Positions 40,237 to 50,870 are shown, numbered from the stretch's first letter. The stretch: DNA of 64,000 nucleotides from Ilumatobacteraceae bacterium (GCA_044344715.1 JBIJCI010000001.1:13713-77712); one strand, 5' to 3'. Translations and numbers: made by a program. The notes: a model not told the origin generated them from the letters alone.

Positions 40237-40703
40237 TCCCGCGGACCGCCGCAATCCGGGACCGGAAGGTTCGGTTCGCGGCACCGTGCCATCGCCGCCC
40301 AAAGATCGGTGGCGCTGACCGGCCCGAGGTGTCCGAATCGGACAACGCCCCGTGAATCGGCGATGACGAGGGTCGGCACGGCATCGATCGCGTAGCGATC
40401 GTGCAGCTTGCGATCACGACCGAACTCCACTTCCTGCACCACCACCTCCCTGCTGGCCAGGACGGATGCCTTCCGAACGACGTCGCCACACGTCGCACAC
40501 GTCGCGGAGGTGAATGCCACGACGATCCACGGCACGTCGGGTCCCTCGAAGTCACGACGATCCAACTGGGCCGGCACGACACCGCGCGGCTGTGTCGGCA
40601 CCTCGGAGGTGCGTCGTCGCCGGATCGACACCGCCGCTGCCAGTGCCACCACTGCGGCGACGACCGCCAGCCTCCAGACGAGTTCATCCATCGGCGCAAC
40701 CAC
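40233..40703 (-). CDS. Membrane-anchored thioredoxin-fold protein
   Basis: An N-terminal TM helix, then FTSATCATCGDV (CxxC) and a cis-Pro-like AVPTLV element. The start is ambiguous (40703 or 40691). Confidence 0.6.
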   Translation of the reverse strand: MVAPMDELVWRLAVVAAVVALAAAVSIRRRRTSEVPTQPRGVVPAQLDRRDFEGPDVPWIVVAFTSATCATCGDVVRKASVLASREVVVQEVEFGRDRKLHDRYAIDAVPTLVIADSRGVVRFGHLGPVSATDLWAAMARCREPNLPVPDCGGPRD

Positions 40704-42180
40704 CTACCGTGATGCAGGACCCGGCATCGGCGGTAACGAGGATCAGCGGTGCCGAACCTGGTACCGACTGCCGGGCACCGCGGGGAACGCGACGCTGAAC
40801 CACCACCGGCTCGGTCGACGAAACCGTCACGGTGGCCGAGGCGGCGGCGCCGGACAGCCCGATACTCGTCGCACGTCCCGGCGAGAGCGCGATGTCCTCG
40901 TATCCGGTGATCGGCACGTCGCCGGCCGGGCCGAGGTACGTGATGCGGATCATCGCCACGTCCGATCCGGGGTTGAAGATACGAAGTGAATCGTCGGTGT
41001 CCGCCGCGACACCCGACGGGGCGATCCACTCGCGCGCCGGCTGCGGGGTGCCGAGCAACACCGCGCTCGCGGTCGACTTGCCGACCTGACGGGTACTGAC
41101 CCGTTCCACCACCACGCCGACGGAATCGCCGGCTATCGAACCGGTTGCGGTGACGACGACGGAGTGACGCCCTTCGGTGAGCGCACCGAGCGAGGCCGGT
41201 GAGAACTTCGTGACTCGTCGGGCGGGCGCGGTGACCGTGAGCGGATCGATCGGTGTGCCGTCGTCGGTGGACACGATGAAGGTCAGGAGTTGGTCGTTGG
41301 TGCCCGGATTGAAGATGACGAATTCCTCGGTGACCCCCTCGCGCTTCTCGCCGTCCGCGAAGTACCAGCGCGAGCCCGAGCCGGCAGCGGCCAACGTCAT
41401 GGTGTACCCGAGACGCCCGCGCCCCAGGTAGTGCTGCGAGCGTCCCACCACCACCCGACCGACGGTGGCCTCGACCACCACGGCGACGGTGGGTTCATTG
41501 CGTGCGTCGAGCGAGGCCATGTCGAACACCCGCAGCGACTGTGGCGGGATCACCACGCCCTTCAATGACTGCGGCGAGCGCTCCCCCAGGGCCGTCACGA
41601 ACGAAACGTCGAGGATCGCCGAGTCGAGCGACGGATTGGTGACCACCACCTGCTCGATGCTGTCGGCGGCGGTGAATCCGTCGGCCAGGTACCAGGTGTC
41701 CGAAGGCGAAGTTGCGCACGGAACCACGGCATCACCCGCACGGTGCTCCGTTCGTTGCTCGACGGCGAGCGGCGCACCCTGGGATTCGACCAGGGCCGCC
41801 ACGAAGGACGTGGCACCGCCGGAGAGCGCGTCGATCTCGAGCGTCGATCGCGCGGGGATTGCAAACTGCTGTTGACGGGCCAGCCCGTCGGTGGCGAAGC
41901 GGGTGATCGTGCCAGCGACCGGCGTCTGACCGGGATTCGACACGACGAGGAAGCCGCGGATGGAGTCGTCGTTGGCGGGGACGCCGGGACAGAACCACGT
42001 CGATGCCTTCGCATCGGGGCGGAACTCGGGAACCAGGGAACGTACCGCGATCGGCGACCCGGGCGTTGTGGGAGCGACCCGGGCGAGCGCCACGATCCCG
42101 AGCGTGCCGGCGATGACGATGAGGGTCGGTACGACCCGGCGAGTGATGCCCCCGACGGATGCAGCAGTGATCCGAGCCAC
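40684..42180 (-). CDS. Membrane-anchored extracytoplasmic protein of unknown function (DUF5719-like, assignment from memory)
   Basis: GTG at 42180 overlaps the TAG of the upstream GT2 gene by 1 nt. It has a single N-terminal TM (VVPTLIVIAGTLGIVAL) followed by about 460 aa of beta-rich sequence with repeated ...VVVE/VVV... segments. Confidence 0.6.
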   Translation of the reverse strand: MARITAASVGGITRRVVPTLIVIAGTLGIVALARVAPTTPGSPIAVRSLVPEFRPDAKASTWFCPGVPANDDSIRGFLVVSNPGQTPVAGTITRFATDGLARQQQFAIPARSTLEIDALSGGATSFVAALVESQGAPLAVEQRTEHRAGDAVVPCATSPSDTWYLADGFTAADSIEQVVVTNPSLDSAILDVSFVTALGERSPQSLKGVVIPPQSLRVFDMASLDARNEPTVAVVVEATVGRVVVGRSQHYLGRGRLGYTMTLAAAGSGSRWYFADGEKREGVTEEFVIFNPGTNDQLLTFIVSTDDGTPIDPLTVTAPARRVTKFSPASLGALTEGRHSVVVTATGSIAGDSVGVVVERVSTRQVGKSTASAVLLGTPQPAREWIAPSGVAADTDDSLRIFNPGSDVAMIRITYLGPAGDVPITGYEDIALSPGRATSIGLSGAAASATVTVSSTEPVVVQRRVPRGARQSVPGSAPLILVTADAGSCITVGGCADG

Positions 42181-45100
42181 TAGCGCGTTCCCAATCTCTG
42201 GTCCTCGCTTCGCAGCGAGACCTCGACCACGTCGCGGGCCGCCCGCACCCGGCCACGGAAGCGGCTCGGGTTGAAGGTGATCGCGACCACCAGCAACCAC
42301 AGCGTTGCCTGCAGTGCAACCAGCAGGCGGTGACTGAGGCTGGATCGGAGTCGCACGACCGCCGCGCCATCAACCGGCGCATCGAACGCCGTCGTCGCGC
42401 CGAACGCAATGCGCGGGGCCACCGCGGCGCCGTCCACCCGCAGGGTCCATCGATCCGAGTAGGGCACGGCGAGGTGGATGGTTCCCGATTCGAGTCGGCC
42501 GGAATTCGTGCCATCGGCGGTGAACCCGCTCACGAATGCCGAATCGAAACCGAGGGGCTCGGCGAAGAGCTTGGACTCGGTCGCCTGCCGACTGACCACC
42601 GACGATTGCTCGTCGAGCACCGCCGCAACGGGCAGCGCCGACACGTTCTCGAAGATGACGAGATCGGTGGCGGTGTAGATCCGCCGGAAATCGAGTTGGT
42701 CGGAGAGCCGCGCCACGAGCGACTCGCCGACGACGCGACCCGACCCGGCCGAACCGGCGTACAGGGTTGCATCGCGGAGGGGAACCACGACGAACCGCAC
42801 CGCGAGCGGAGCGAACAAGCGCCCAGCTCGGAGGGACTCACCGTCGAGCAGAACATCAACCGCCCGCGAGAGCGCGATGGTCATCGAACTCGCATGCGGA
42901 GTCAGGGTGTCGACGCCGCTTGCACCGCCGTCATGAAGCACGCCGTAGGCCACGTCGCGCCCGGCGGAAACCGAGGCGACGGGCAAGAGTCGCGGATCAC
43001 CGATGTACAACACCGCGTAATCACCGTCCTGGTCGCCGGGAAGTTGCTCGACGAGGCGCCCGAGGGTATTCGCCGGTTGCGACCATCTGCCACTGCCGCC
43101 CGCGACGACGGTCGGCGAGCTCGCAACACAGATCGCAACCACCGATACGACTCCCGCCACACCCCGCCAGGTGAACGTGGTCCGTCGGGCCGCGAGCACT
43201 TCGACGAACGCCGACGTGGCGGCGATCGCGATTCCGAGACCAACGAGCGCGGAGAGCATCAACGACTCCGGTGTGCCGAACGTCCAGAGACCGCGCTCTT
43301 GCGCCATCCGAACGAGCACCGGCACCATGACGAAGAGCAACGCCCGGGTCGGCCAGGCCGCCCTGGCACCGCGGGTCACGATCGGCATCAGGACGACGGG
43401 TACGTACGCAGCGAGGACGAGCCACCGCCACAACGAGTTGTCGATGCCGAACGACAACACGTCGGTAACCGACGAACCCGTCACCGGTCGGGGCGGACCG
43501 ATGAGCGACCGCCACCAGTCGTCGTCCACGAAACGAACCGACCACGGCACATGGAGGATCGCCGATCCGAGCACGGACAGCAGGGGCGCACCCGCAAGCC
43601 AACCCGAGGCCCGCAACGGCGTGGCCGTGACGGCGCCCGATACCAGCAGGATGCCGCCGAGGAACGCGACCACCACCAGGGCCGCGGGAGCGAACGCCGA
43701 GGCCGACGCGACGACGAGCAGGAGCGACGCAAGAAGTTGCACCCGACGATCACCGGCAGAGCGAACGGACGCCTCGCGACCCGGATCCTGCGTGTCACGC
43801 GACAAGCCCGCGATTCGCCTCGAGAAGTCGACGATCCACGGCAGGAGTGCCCAAACGATCAGGGAATCCCGACGACCGTCACGGACCGCGAGTACACCGA
43901 CCGGCACGGCCACGTAGACGAGGGCTCCGAACATCCTCGCTGACGCGCCACCGATCGAGCCGCACAGCCGCCAGGCTCCCAGTGCGCCGACGAAGAGGGC
44001 CCCAACGACGATGGCGGTGAGCAGTCCGCCCCAATTCCCGAGGAACACCGCGCCGAGCACGGCGATCAGTCCGACGAAGGTTGGCGCGGGACCGGTCGCC
44101 CCGAACCATCCGGGCGACCACCCACTCAGGTACGCGCGCATCGCGTCGAGCGGAGAGGTGTCGCCGGGTACCAGCGGCACGAATTGACCCACGCCACTCA
44201 CACCGTTCAACACCAGACCCCGGTTCGCGATGACGAGAAACAGCGCCGCAAGCAGCCCGACCACGGCGACTCCCCTGGCGGTCGTCACGGGCGCCGACGA
44301 AACACTCGGGGACTCCGACATGGACTGCTCACGGAGGGCCCGGCGATGCCGTCGGAATCCCGCGATGCGCGCGCTCCCGCGCAGCTGCAAACTCACCACC
44401 TCGCGCCCCGGTACACGTCGCAGGGCACGAAGTTGTCGCCGCCGCCCTGCGATCAACCGGACGTCGACGAGCGCACCGGCAACGGCCCTTGCGCTGGCGA
44501 GTCCGTCCTGATACCTACCGTTTGCCGTCTCGAGGACGAGATCAAGGAGCGCACCGAGCACCAACCTCACGACGAGGAGCGGCAGCCGCCCGGCCGACAC
44601 GCAACTCAGCGCGGTTCGCACGCGGTGCCGTTGCCGAGTCGCTTCTTCGTGCACCATGTTCGCGCGGGTAGCGAACGCCCCCCGGTGTCGTGCAACCGCC
44701 GCCGGGTTCACCACCACGCGGGCACCGAGAAGGTGCACCCGCCAGCACAGGTCGAGCTCCTCACCGAGGAACGGAACGTTGGGGGCGAATCCCGCGACCT
44801 CTCGGAAGACGTCGTTGCGAACCAGCAAGCACGCCGACGGCAGGGCAAAGACGTCCCGGACCGCATCGTGTTGCTCCTGGTCACGTTCGCCCGGATCCAC
44901 CACTTCGACGAGGCGCCCTGCACGATCGGCCTCGAGCCCGACGTGCTGGAGGACGTCGGGTGACTCCCACTCGACGAGTTTCGGTCCGACGATGGCGGCA
45001 TTCGAACGGTCGGCCTCCTCGACGAGCCGCGACACGGCGTCGGGTCGCAGCAGCACGTCGTCGTGCAACACGAGGAAGAAACCCGCCGTACCCTTCACCA

Positions 45101-45365
45101 GCGAGAGCACCTGGTTGACGACCGGCCCGAAGCCCGGATTCCCCTCCACCTGGCGAATGATGGCCGTGGGGACATGCTGGCGGACGAGGTCCCCGACGGA
45201 CGCGGACGTACCGCCCGTTAGGAGTGTCACCAGACGCAGGTCGGAGTACTCCTGTGCCGCAAGTCCAGCCAGGACGTCGGGGAACCACTCACCCGGCTCG
45301 TGGACGACCATCACCGCAACGACGGGCGGAACGACGGTCGGGCGGTCCTCGGCTGGGAGCGTCAC
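42180..45365 (-). CDS. Family-2 glycosyltransferase fused to a large polytopic membrane domain and a C-terminal extracytoplasmic domain
   Basis: 1061 aa. The N-terminal ~300 aa form a GT-A fold (VVAVMVVHEPGEW..., LVLHDDVLL as the DxD-type region). More than 10 TM segments follow, and then a ~330-aa hydrophilic tail. Confidence 0.8.
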   Translation of the reverse strand: MTLPAEDRPTVVPPVVAVMVVHEPGEWFPDVLAGLAAQEYSDLRLVTLLTGGTSASVGDLVRQHVPTAIIRQVEGNPGFGPVVNQVLSLVKGTAGFFLVLHDDVLLRPDAVSRLVEEADRSNAAIVGPKLVEWESPDVLQHVGLEADRAGRLVEVVDPGERDQEQHDAVRDVFALPSACLLVRNDVFREVAGFAPNVPFLGEELDLCWRVHLLGARVVVNPAAVARHRGAFATRANMVHEEATRQRHRVRTALSCVSAGRLPLLVVRLVLGALLDLVLETANGRYQDGLASARAVAGALVDVRLIAGRRRQLRALRRVPGREVVSLQLRGSARIAGFRRHRRALREQSMSESPSVSSAPVTTARGVAVVGLLAALFLVIANRGLVLNGVSGVGQFVPLVPGDTSPLDAMRAYLSGWSPGWFGATGPAPTFVGLIAVLGAVFLGNWGGLLTAIVVGALFVGALGAWRLCGSIGGASARMFGALVYVAVPVGVLAVRDGRRDSLIVWALLPWIVDFSRRIAGLSRDTQDPGREASVRSAGDRRVQLLASLLLVVASASAFAPAALVVVAFLGGILLVSGAVTATPLRASGWLAGAPLLSVLGSAILHVPWSVRFVDDDWWRSLIGPPRPVTGSSVTDVLSFGIDNSLWRWLVLAAYVPVVLMPIVTRGARAAWPTRALLFVMVPVLVRMAQERGLWTFGTPESLMLSALVGLGIAIAATSAFVEVLAARRTTFTWRGVAGVVSVVAICVASSPTVVAGGSGRWSQPANTLGRLVEQLPGDQDGDYAVLYIGDPRLLPVASVSAGRDVAYGVLHDGGASGVDTLTPHASSMTIALSRAVDVLLDGESLRAGRLFAPLAVRFVVVPLRDATLYAGSAGSGRVVGESLVARLSDQLDFRRIYTATDLVIFENVSALPVAAVLDEQSSVVSRQATESKLFAEPLGFDSAFVSGFTADGTNSGRLESGTIHLAVPYSDRWTLRVDGAAVAPRIAFGATTAFDAPVDGAAVVRLRSSLSHRLLVALQATLWLLVVAITFNPSRFRGRVRAARDVVEVSLRSEDQRLGTR

Positions 45366-45493
45366 GACCAGGTCATCCTAATGATGACCATTGCCACATA
45401 CGATCGCACGCACCGTGCTTGCAATAGCTAGCAGTCGTACGTAGGGTCGGGAAGGCGGTCGTCCGACCGCCCTACGCCAACCAGGAGGTTGAC

Positions 45494-45832
45494 ATGCCCT
45501 CAATCACGTTCAACAACCCACTGAAGTCCCTCGACTTGACGAAGGTCGACCTTCGCAACGTCGTCACACCCGCCACGAAGATCGCCCGTGACGCCGCATA
45601 CGTCGCAGTGGGTATCGGAGTGATCGCCACCCAGCGCATCAACGCACGCCGGTACGACCTTCGTCAACGCATCGGCTCGCTGCAGGAGCGAATCAACGAG
45701 GCCGCTCCCCGCATTCGCGACGAGGCACAGACAACCGCCCAGCGTTTCATCGACGACGCGAGGAAGAACGTCCGATCTGTCGTCGAGCGTCGCAAGCACG
45801 CCGGTGCGGAGACCACCACGACGGTCGCCTGA
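45494..45832 (+). CDS. Hypothetical small protein (one central hydrophobic helix, then a charged helical tail)
   Basis: A 112-aa ORF preceded by a strong AGGAGG 8 nt upstream. I recognise no family. Confidence 0.55.
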   Translation: MPSITFNNPLKSLDLTKVDLRNVVTPATKIARDAAYVAVGIGVIATQRINARRYDLRQRIGSLQERINEAAPRIRDEAQTTAQRFIDDARKNVRSVVERRKHAGAETTTTVA

Positions 45833-45854
45833 ACCGCAACGAGTACGACGATCG

Positions 45855-45885
45855 AGCGAGCCGGGGCGGGTAGCCTCGGCTCGCT
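45855..45885 (+). terminator. Candidate hairpin (terminator or attenuator) downstream of the small ORF
   Basis: AGCGAGCCG (45855-45863) pairs with CGGCTCGCT (45877-45885), with further GG/CC pairs possible in the loop. The T-tract that follows (tgctgtatcc) is weak. Confidence 0.35.
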
Positions 45886-45926
45886 TGCTGTATCCGCCCA
45901 GATCTTCCACTGACGGCGGCAACGTC

Positions 45927-47213
45927 GTGCCGGAACCCGCGAATCGCGCAGGGTCGAAGCGCTCCCCACTCCCGTCGGGGAGCCTGACCATCGGGGCCGG
46001 GCTGCTCGTCGGCGGTATCTCGATCTACGTCTTTTTTCGACTGGGCCAGGAAGCCCTCGGACAGGACGGTTTCAAGCCGATCGTGTCCCTGTGGTTCGTC
46101 ATGTTCGCCCTGGTGCCGGGATTCTTCCTCCCGCTCGAACAGGAAGTGAGCCGGGCGGTCGCCCACCGACGGGCGCTCGGTGACGGGGTGGCACCGGTCG
46201 TACGCAAGGTGGTGCCGGTCGCGACGGGCATCACCATCGCACTCGTTGCGTTCGTCGCCCTGGCGCGGAACCGCTTCACCAACGACCTGTTCGAGCAATC
46301 CGCCGTGGTGACGCTGGCGTTGGTCATTGCGCTGGTTGGCTATGCGCCGTTCCACATTGCCCGCGGCATCTGCTCGGGGCTCGGGAACTTCCGCGTCTAC
46401 AGCACGATGATCGCCCTCGACGGGTTGCTGCGGGTCGTGGCTTGCGGCGTCTTCCTCGCCATCGGACTCGACAACGTCGGTCCGTACGCACTGATGGTTG
46501 CGCTCGTGCCGCTCACCATCGCCGTTGCCGCCCTCGGCTCGGGAAGGATTCGGGTTACGAGCGGCACACCGGCGACGTGGTCGGAACTCGCCCCGAACCT
46601 CGGATGGTTGCTGCTCGGCACCCTCTGTGCGGGTGCGCTGATCAACGCCGGACCACTCACCGTCGACCTGCTCGGCACCGACAGCGAACCGGAGTTGGTC
46701 ACCCGTTTCGGCAACGCGGTGCTGCTCGCCCGCGTACCCCTCTTCCTCTTCCAAGCCGTGCAGGCAGCGATGCTGCCCCGGCTGGCACGGCTGGCCGCCC
46801 TCCGCGACGCCGAGGAGTTCCGGGCCGTGCTGCGCCGACTGTTCCTCCTCGTCGGCGGTGTCGGGGTCGTCGGTGTCGTCGGGGCGTTCCTGGCCGGACC
46901 ATGGGTGCTCGAGCTCGTCTACGACGGCGGAATCGACCGTCGGACGATCTCCTTGCTCGCGTTTGCGAGCGCCGTCTACATGCTGGCCTCGGCGTGCGCC
47001 CAGTCGGTGCTCTCCATGTCGGGGCACGTCTTCGTGGCCGTCGGCTGGGTGACCAGCTTCGTCACGTTCATTGCGACGGCCGCCTGGTCGAGCGATGATC
47101 TCTTCCTGCGCGTGGAACTGGCGCTCATCGCCAGCGCCGTCGTGGCACTGATCGTCTTCGCGGTGGGGCTGCGCTCCTACTTCGCGCGCTTGGCTTCGAC
47201 GTCGAGGTCGTGA
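45927..47213 (+). CDS. Polysaccharide-biosynthesis/flippase-like polytopic membrane protein (MOP/Wzx-like)
   Basis: GTG at 45927. About 428 aa with roughly 12-14 TM segments and a conserved Arg/Pro pattern resembling Wzx-type transporters. It sits in a glycan cluster. Confidence 0.6.
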   Translation: MPEPANRAGSKRSPLPSGSLTIGAGLLVGGISIYVFFRLGQEALGQDGFKPIVSLWFVMFALVPGFFLPLEQEVSRAVAHRRALGDGVAPVVRKVVPVATGITIALVAFVALARNRFTNDLFEQSAVVTLALVIALVGYAPFHIARGICSGLGNFRVYSTMIALDGLLRVVACGVFLAIGLDNVGPYALMVALVPLTIAVAALGSGRIRVTSGTPATWSELAPNLGWLLLGTLCAGALINAGPLTVDLLGTDSEPELVTRFGNAVLLARVPLFLFQAVQAAMLPRLARLAALRDAEEFRAVLRRLFLLVGGVGVVGVVGAFLAGPWVLELVYDGGIDRRTISLLAFASAVYMLASACAQSVLSMSGHVFVAVGWVTSFVTFIATAAWSSDDLFLRVELALIASAVVALIVFAVGLRSYFARLASTSRS

Positions 47214-48160
47214 CGCACCATCATCTCGACGAGCGACGGGAAGTCGACCTCCCTCTTCCATCCGAGTCGCTTCTCGGCCTTCGACGAGTCACCGACGAGA
47301 AGGTCGACCTCGGCCGGACGGAAATACTGCGGATCCTGACCGACGTACTTTCGCCAGTCGCCGAGTCCGGCACACTCGAACGCAATCTGCAGGAACTCGG
47401 TGATCTCGTGCGTCTCGCCGGTGGCAATGACGTAGTCGTCCGGCACGTCCTGCTGCAGCATCAACCACATCGCCTTCACGTAGTCGCCGGCGAATCCCCA
47501 GTCGCGCTTGGCGGCGATGTTGCCGAGTAGCAGCCGGTCCTGCAGGCCCAGCTTGATGCGGGCGACGGAACTGCTGATCTTGCGGGTGACGAACTCGTAA
47601 CCGCGGCGCGGACCCTCGTGGTTGAAGAGGATCCCGGAGGAGGCGTGGAGTCCGTACGACTCGCGGTAGTTGACCGTCATGTGGTGTCCGAACACCTTCG
47701 CCACGCCGTACGGCGACCGGGGATGGAAAGCGGTCATCTCGGTCTGCGGAATCTCGCGGACCTTGCCGTACATCTCGGATGATGACGCCTGGTAGAAGCG
47801 GATCGGATTGTCCTTCGCACCGCCGACGAGTCGGATGGCCTCGAGCATGCGCAACACGCCGAGTCCGGTGACGTTGGACGTGAGCTCGGCCTGTGTGAAG
47901 GAGATGGCGACGAACGAGATGGCCCCGAGGTTGTAGACCTCGTTCGGCTCGACGTCACGCAGCGCCGCAACGAGGCTGGAGAAGTCGGTGAGGTCGCCGT
48001 TGACGACGCGGACGTAGGGGAACTCCGCGAGCAGCCACTCGGTCTTCGGATTGTTCTGTCCCTTGATGAGTCCGTACACCTCGTAGCCCTTGCCGTGAAG
48101 GAACTCCGCGAGGTGCTGACCGTCCTGTCCGGTGATTCCGGTGATCAGCGCGCGTGGCAC
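47177..48160 (-). CDS. gmd: GDP-mannose 4,6-dehydratase
   Basis: GTG at 48160 gives [30 protein letters not shown]. It has SSSEMYG and YGVAKV catalytic motifs and 327 aa. The upstream 305 codons of ORF 47177..49075 are shadow sequence antisense to cofD. Confidence 0.92.
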   Translation of the reverse strand: MPRALITGITGQDGQHLAEFLHGKGYEVYGLIKGQNNPKTEWLLAEFPYVRVVNGDLTDFSSLVAALRDVEPNEVYNLGAISFVAISFTQAELTSNVTGLGVLRMLEAIRLVGGAKDNPIRFYQASSSEMYGKVREIPQTEMTAFHPRSPYGVAKVFGHHMTVNYRESYGLHASSGILFNHEGPRRGYEFVTRKISSSVARIKLGLQDRLLLGNIAAKRDWGFAGDYVKAMWLMLQQDVPDDYVIATGETHEITEFLQIAFECAGLGDWRKYVGQDPQYFRPAEVDLLVGDSSKAEKRLGWKREVDFPSLVEMMVRHDLDVEAKRAK

Positions 48161-48190
48161 TCGTACGAGGCTACTCGTACGCTCAATCAC

Positions 48191-49192
48191 GTGGAGCGCG
48201 GCGGCGAAGTGGCGGTGATTGCCGGCGGCGTCGGTGCGGCGAGACTGCTGCGGGCGATGCGCCTCCACGACCCGGATGCGCGGATCACCGCGCTCGTCAA
48301 CACCGCCGACGACACCGTGGTCAACGGCCTCCACGTCTCCCCCGACCTCGACACCGTGGTCTACACGCTGGCCGACGCCATCGACCCCGACCGGGGTTGG
48401 GGCCTGCGCGACGAATCCTGGATTGCCATGCAGCAGCTGTCCCGCTACGCAGCCGTGAGACCACCGGACTCCACCTCGCCGAACGACTGGTTCAACATCG
48501 GCGATCGCGACGTGGCAACGCACCTCTACCGAACCGCACGACTCGCCGAGGGGGCACGACTCAGTCAGGTGACGGAGGAGATCGCGCGCGCCTGGGGTGT
48601 GAGATTCGGGATCGTGCCGATGACCGACGACCGCGTCTCCACGTTGGTGACGCTCGCACAGGACGCGGCCGGACCCGACGACCACCGGTACTCGAAGGGT
48701 GAGACGATCTCGTTCCAGGAGTACTTCGTGCGGCTCCGCCATGCGGTTGCAATCGCCGGTATCCGGTTCGCCGGTGCCGATGACGCGACGGCGAACGGTC
48801 TCGATCTCCTGTGCTCGGCGCGGTCGGTGGTGATCGCGCCTTCGAACCCGGTCGTCTCGATCGGACCGGTGCGCGCATTGCGGGGCATCGACGACACGCT
48901 CACCGCGCGCCGCAGCTCGGTGATCGCGGTGTCGCCGATCATCGGAGGTGCCGCACTGAAGGGACCGGCCGACCGGATGCTTCGCGAGCTCGGCATGGAG
49001 CCCTCCGCCCTGGGTGTCGCCCGCCTGTACGCCCCGATCTGCGGCACGTTCGTCATCGACGTCGTGGACGCCCACCTCGCCCGGCAGGTCGAGGACCTCG
49101 GGATGCGATGTATCGTCACCGAGACGATCATGAAGTCGGACCTCACCGCCGCGGCCCTCGCCGCAACCGTCCTGCAGGCCGGTGTCGGATGA
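48191..49192 (+). CDS. cofD: 2-phospho-L-lactate (LPPG:FO) transferase, F420 biosynthesis
   Basis: [14 protein letters not shown]...NTADD...[16 protein letters not shown]...DRGWG is the CofD/FbiA signature. The start is GTG 48191, or possibly 48209. Confidence 0.88.
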   Translation: MERGGEVAVIAGGVGAARLLRAMRLHDPDARITALVNTADDTVVNGLHVSPDLDTVVYTLADAIDPDRGWGLRDESWIAMQQLSRYAAVRPPDSTSPNDWFNIGDRDVATHLYRTARLAEGARLSQVTEEIARAWGVRFGIVPMTDDRVSTLVTLAQDAAGPDDHRYSKGETISFQEYFVRLRHAVAIAGIRFAGADDATANGLDLLCSARSVVIAPSNPVVSIGPVRALRGIDDTLTARRSSVIAVSPIIGGAALKGPADRMLRELGMEPSALGVARLYAPICGTFVIDVVDAHLARQVEDLGMRCIVTETIMKSDLTAAALAATVLQAGVG

Positions 49193-49902
49193 TGCGTCTC
49201 ACCGCATGGGGTGTGACCGGCATCCCCGAGATTTCCCCCGGCGACCAGCTCGGCGAGATCATCGTCGACGCATGCCGGGCCGAACCGAACGGACCGCTGC
49301 TCGACGAGGACGTCCTCGTCGTCACCCAGAAAGTGGTGAGCAAGGCCGAGGGCAGGCTCGTCGAGGTCGATCCGGATGATCCGCTCAGCCACAAACGGCT
49401 CGTCGAAGAGGAGGCCGTGCGCATCGTGCGTCGACGCGGGGACCTCATCATCACCGAGACGACGCACGGCTTCGTGTGCGCCAACAGCGGCGTCGACTTG
49501 TCGAACGTGGAGCACGGGCGGGCAGCCTTGCTGCCGAAGGACTCCGACCGTTCGGCCCGACGGATCAGGGACATCGTTCGGGCGCGACTCGGCGTCGACG
49601 TTGGTGTCATCGTCAGCGATACCTTCGGCCGCGCATGGCGCAAGGGGCTGACAGATGTGGCGATCGGCGTTGCCGGCATTGCCGCCGTCGTCGATCTCCG
49701 CGGTACGCCCGACGCACTGGGTCGCACGATGCAGGTCACCGAGGTGGCAGTAGCCGACGAACTGGCGAGTGCGGCGGAGCTGGTGATGGGCAAGGCGTCG
49801 GGAATCCCCGTCGCCGTCGTGCGCGGGGCGGACACCGCATGGTTCCGCGAGTCGAGCGTGCGCGAACTGATTCGTCCGCCGCAGGAGGATTTGTTCCGCT
49901 AG
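49189..49902 (+). CDS. cofE: Coenzyme F420-0:L-glutamate ligase (stand-alone CofE domain)
   Basis: There is an ATGA overlap with cof[14 protein letters not shown]...[15 protein letters not shown]...DTFGRAWR are CofE motifs. At 237 aa it has no C-terminal nitroreductase-like domain. Confidence 0.88.
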   Translation: MMRLTAWGVTGIPEISPGDQLGEIIVDACRAEPNGPLLDEDVLVVTQKVVSKAEGRLVEVDPDDPLSHKRLVEEEAVRIVRRRGDLIITETTHGFVCANSGVDLSNVEHGRAALLPKDSDRSARRIRDIVRARLGVDVGVIVSDTFGRAWRKGLTDVAIGVAGIAAVVDLRGTPDALGRTMQVTEVAVADELASAAELVMGKASGIPVAVVRGADTAWFRESSVRELIRPPQEDLFR

Positions 49903-50858
49903 TCGCGACCCACGAGCGCGTCGGCGACGGTGGAACCCGACGACACGTCGCCCATCACGGATGACCCCGATACGACGGCATCGTCCCCGACGTTCGCCCC
50001 CGGGAAGATCACCGAGTCGACGATCCGTGCCCCGTTGCCGATGGTGGCCCCGGCGCCCACGACGCTGTGCCGGATGGTCGCCGACGCCGCGATACGTGCG
50101 GCGGGATGGAAGGGTTCGTCGCGATCGCGACGAACACCGCTCACCAGGTCGAGATTCGCACGTCGGTAGGTGTCCGGACGTCCGGCGTCGAGCCAGTAGT
50201 CGTCGGTTGGATGGGCGAAGAGCAACCCGTCGCGTGACAAGTCGGGGAACGTGACGCGCTCGATGGACAACGGCACGTTGCCCGGCAACCGATCGAGCAC
50301 GCTCGCTTCGAACACGTAGGTGCCGGCGTTGATGTGCCGGCTCGAGGTCGTACCCGGCGCCGGTTTCTCCACGAATCCGCTCACCCTCCCGTTCGGATCG
50401 TGCTCGACGACGCCGTACTGCGACGGGTCGTCGACACCGACGAGGTGGATGGTGGCCGCCGCACCGCTCGCGACGTTGGCGCGATGACGCTGGACGAACC
50501 GACCGATGTCGAGGTCGGTGACGATGTCGCCGTTCGCAACGACGAACGGCTCACCGCGCGTATGCAAGCCGGCGCTGCGTGCCGCGAATCCGATCGCCCC
50601 ACCGGTATCGAGGGGTGAGTCCTCGATCGCGTACGTGAGCCGAACGCCCGCGCAACGCGCATCCGGAAACGCGCGGAGGAACGGTTCTGGTTTGAACCCG
50701 AGTGCGAGGACTGCATCGGTGACGCCTCCGCGGGCGAGGTGCACCATCAGCCATTCGAGGATCGTCCGTTGACCGAGCGGCAGCAAGGGCTTCGGAACGG
50801 AGTTCGTGAGCGGACGCAGCCTCGTGCCGAATCCACCGACGAGGACGACGGCGAACAT
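49899..50858 (-). CDS. manC: Mannose-1-phosphate guanylyltransferase-type NDP-sugar pyrophosphorylase with a C-terminal left-handed beta-helix
   Basis: The N-terminal VLVGGFGTRLRPLT...PKPLLP nucleotidyltransferase motif and C-terminal hexapeptide repeats. It is syntenic with cofD-cofE as in Mycobacterium. Confidence 0.82.
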   Translation of the reverse strand: MFAVVLVGGFGTRLRPLTNSVPKPLLPLGQRTILEWLMVHLARGGVTDAVLALGFKPEPFLRAFPDARCAGVRLTYAIEDSPLDTGGAIGFAARSAGLHTRGEPFVVANGDIVTDLDIGRFVQRHRANVASGAAATIHLVGVDDPSQYGVVEHDPNGRVSGFVEKPAPGTTSSRHINAGTYVFEASVLDRLPGNVPLSIERVTFPDLSRDGLLFAHPTDDYWLDAGRPDTYRRANLDLVSGVRRDRDEPFHPAARIAASATIRHSVVGAGATIGNGARIVDSVIFPGANVGDDAVVSGSSVMGDVSSGSTVADALVGRD

Positions 50859-50870
50859 GCCGCGCGGAAC

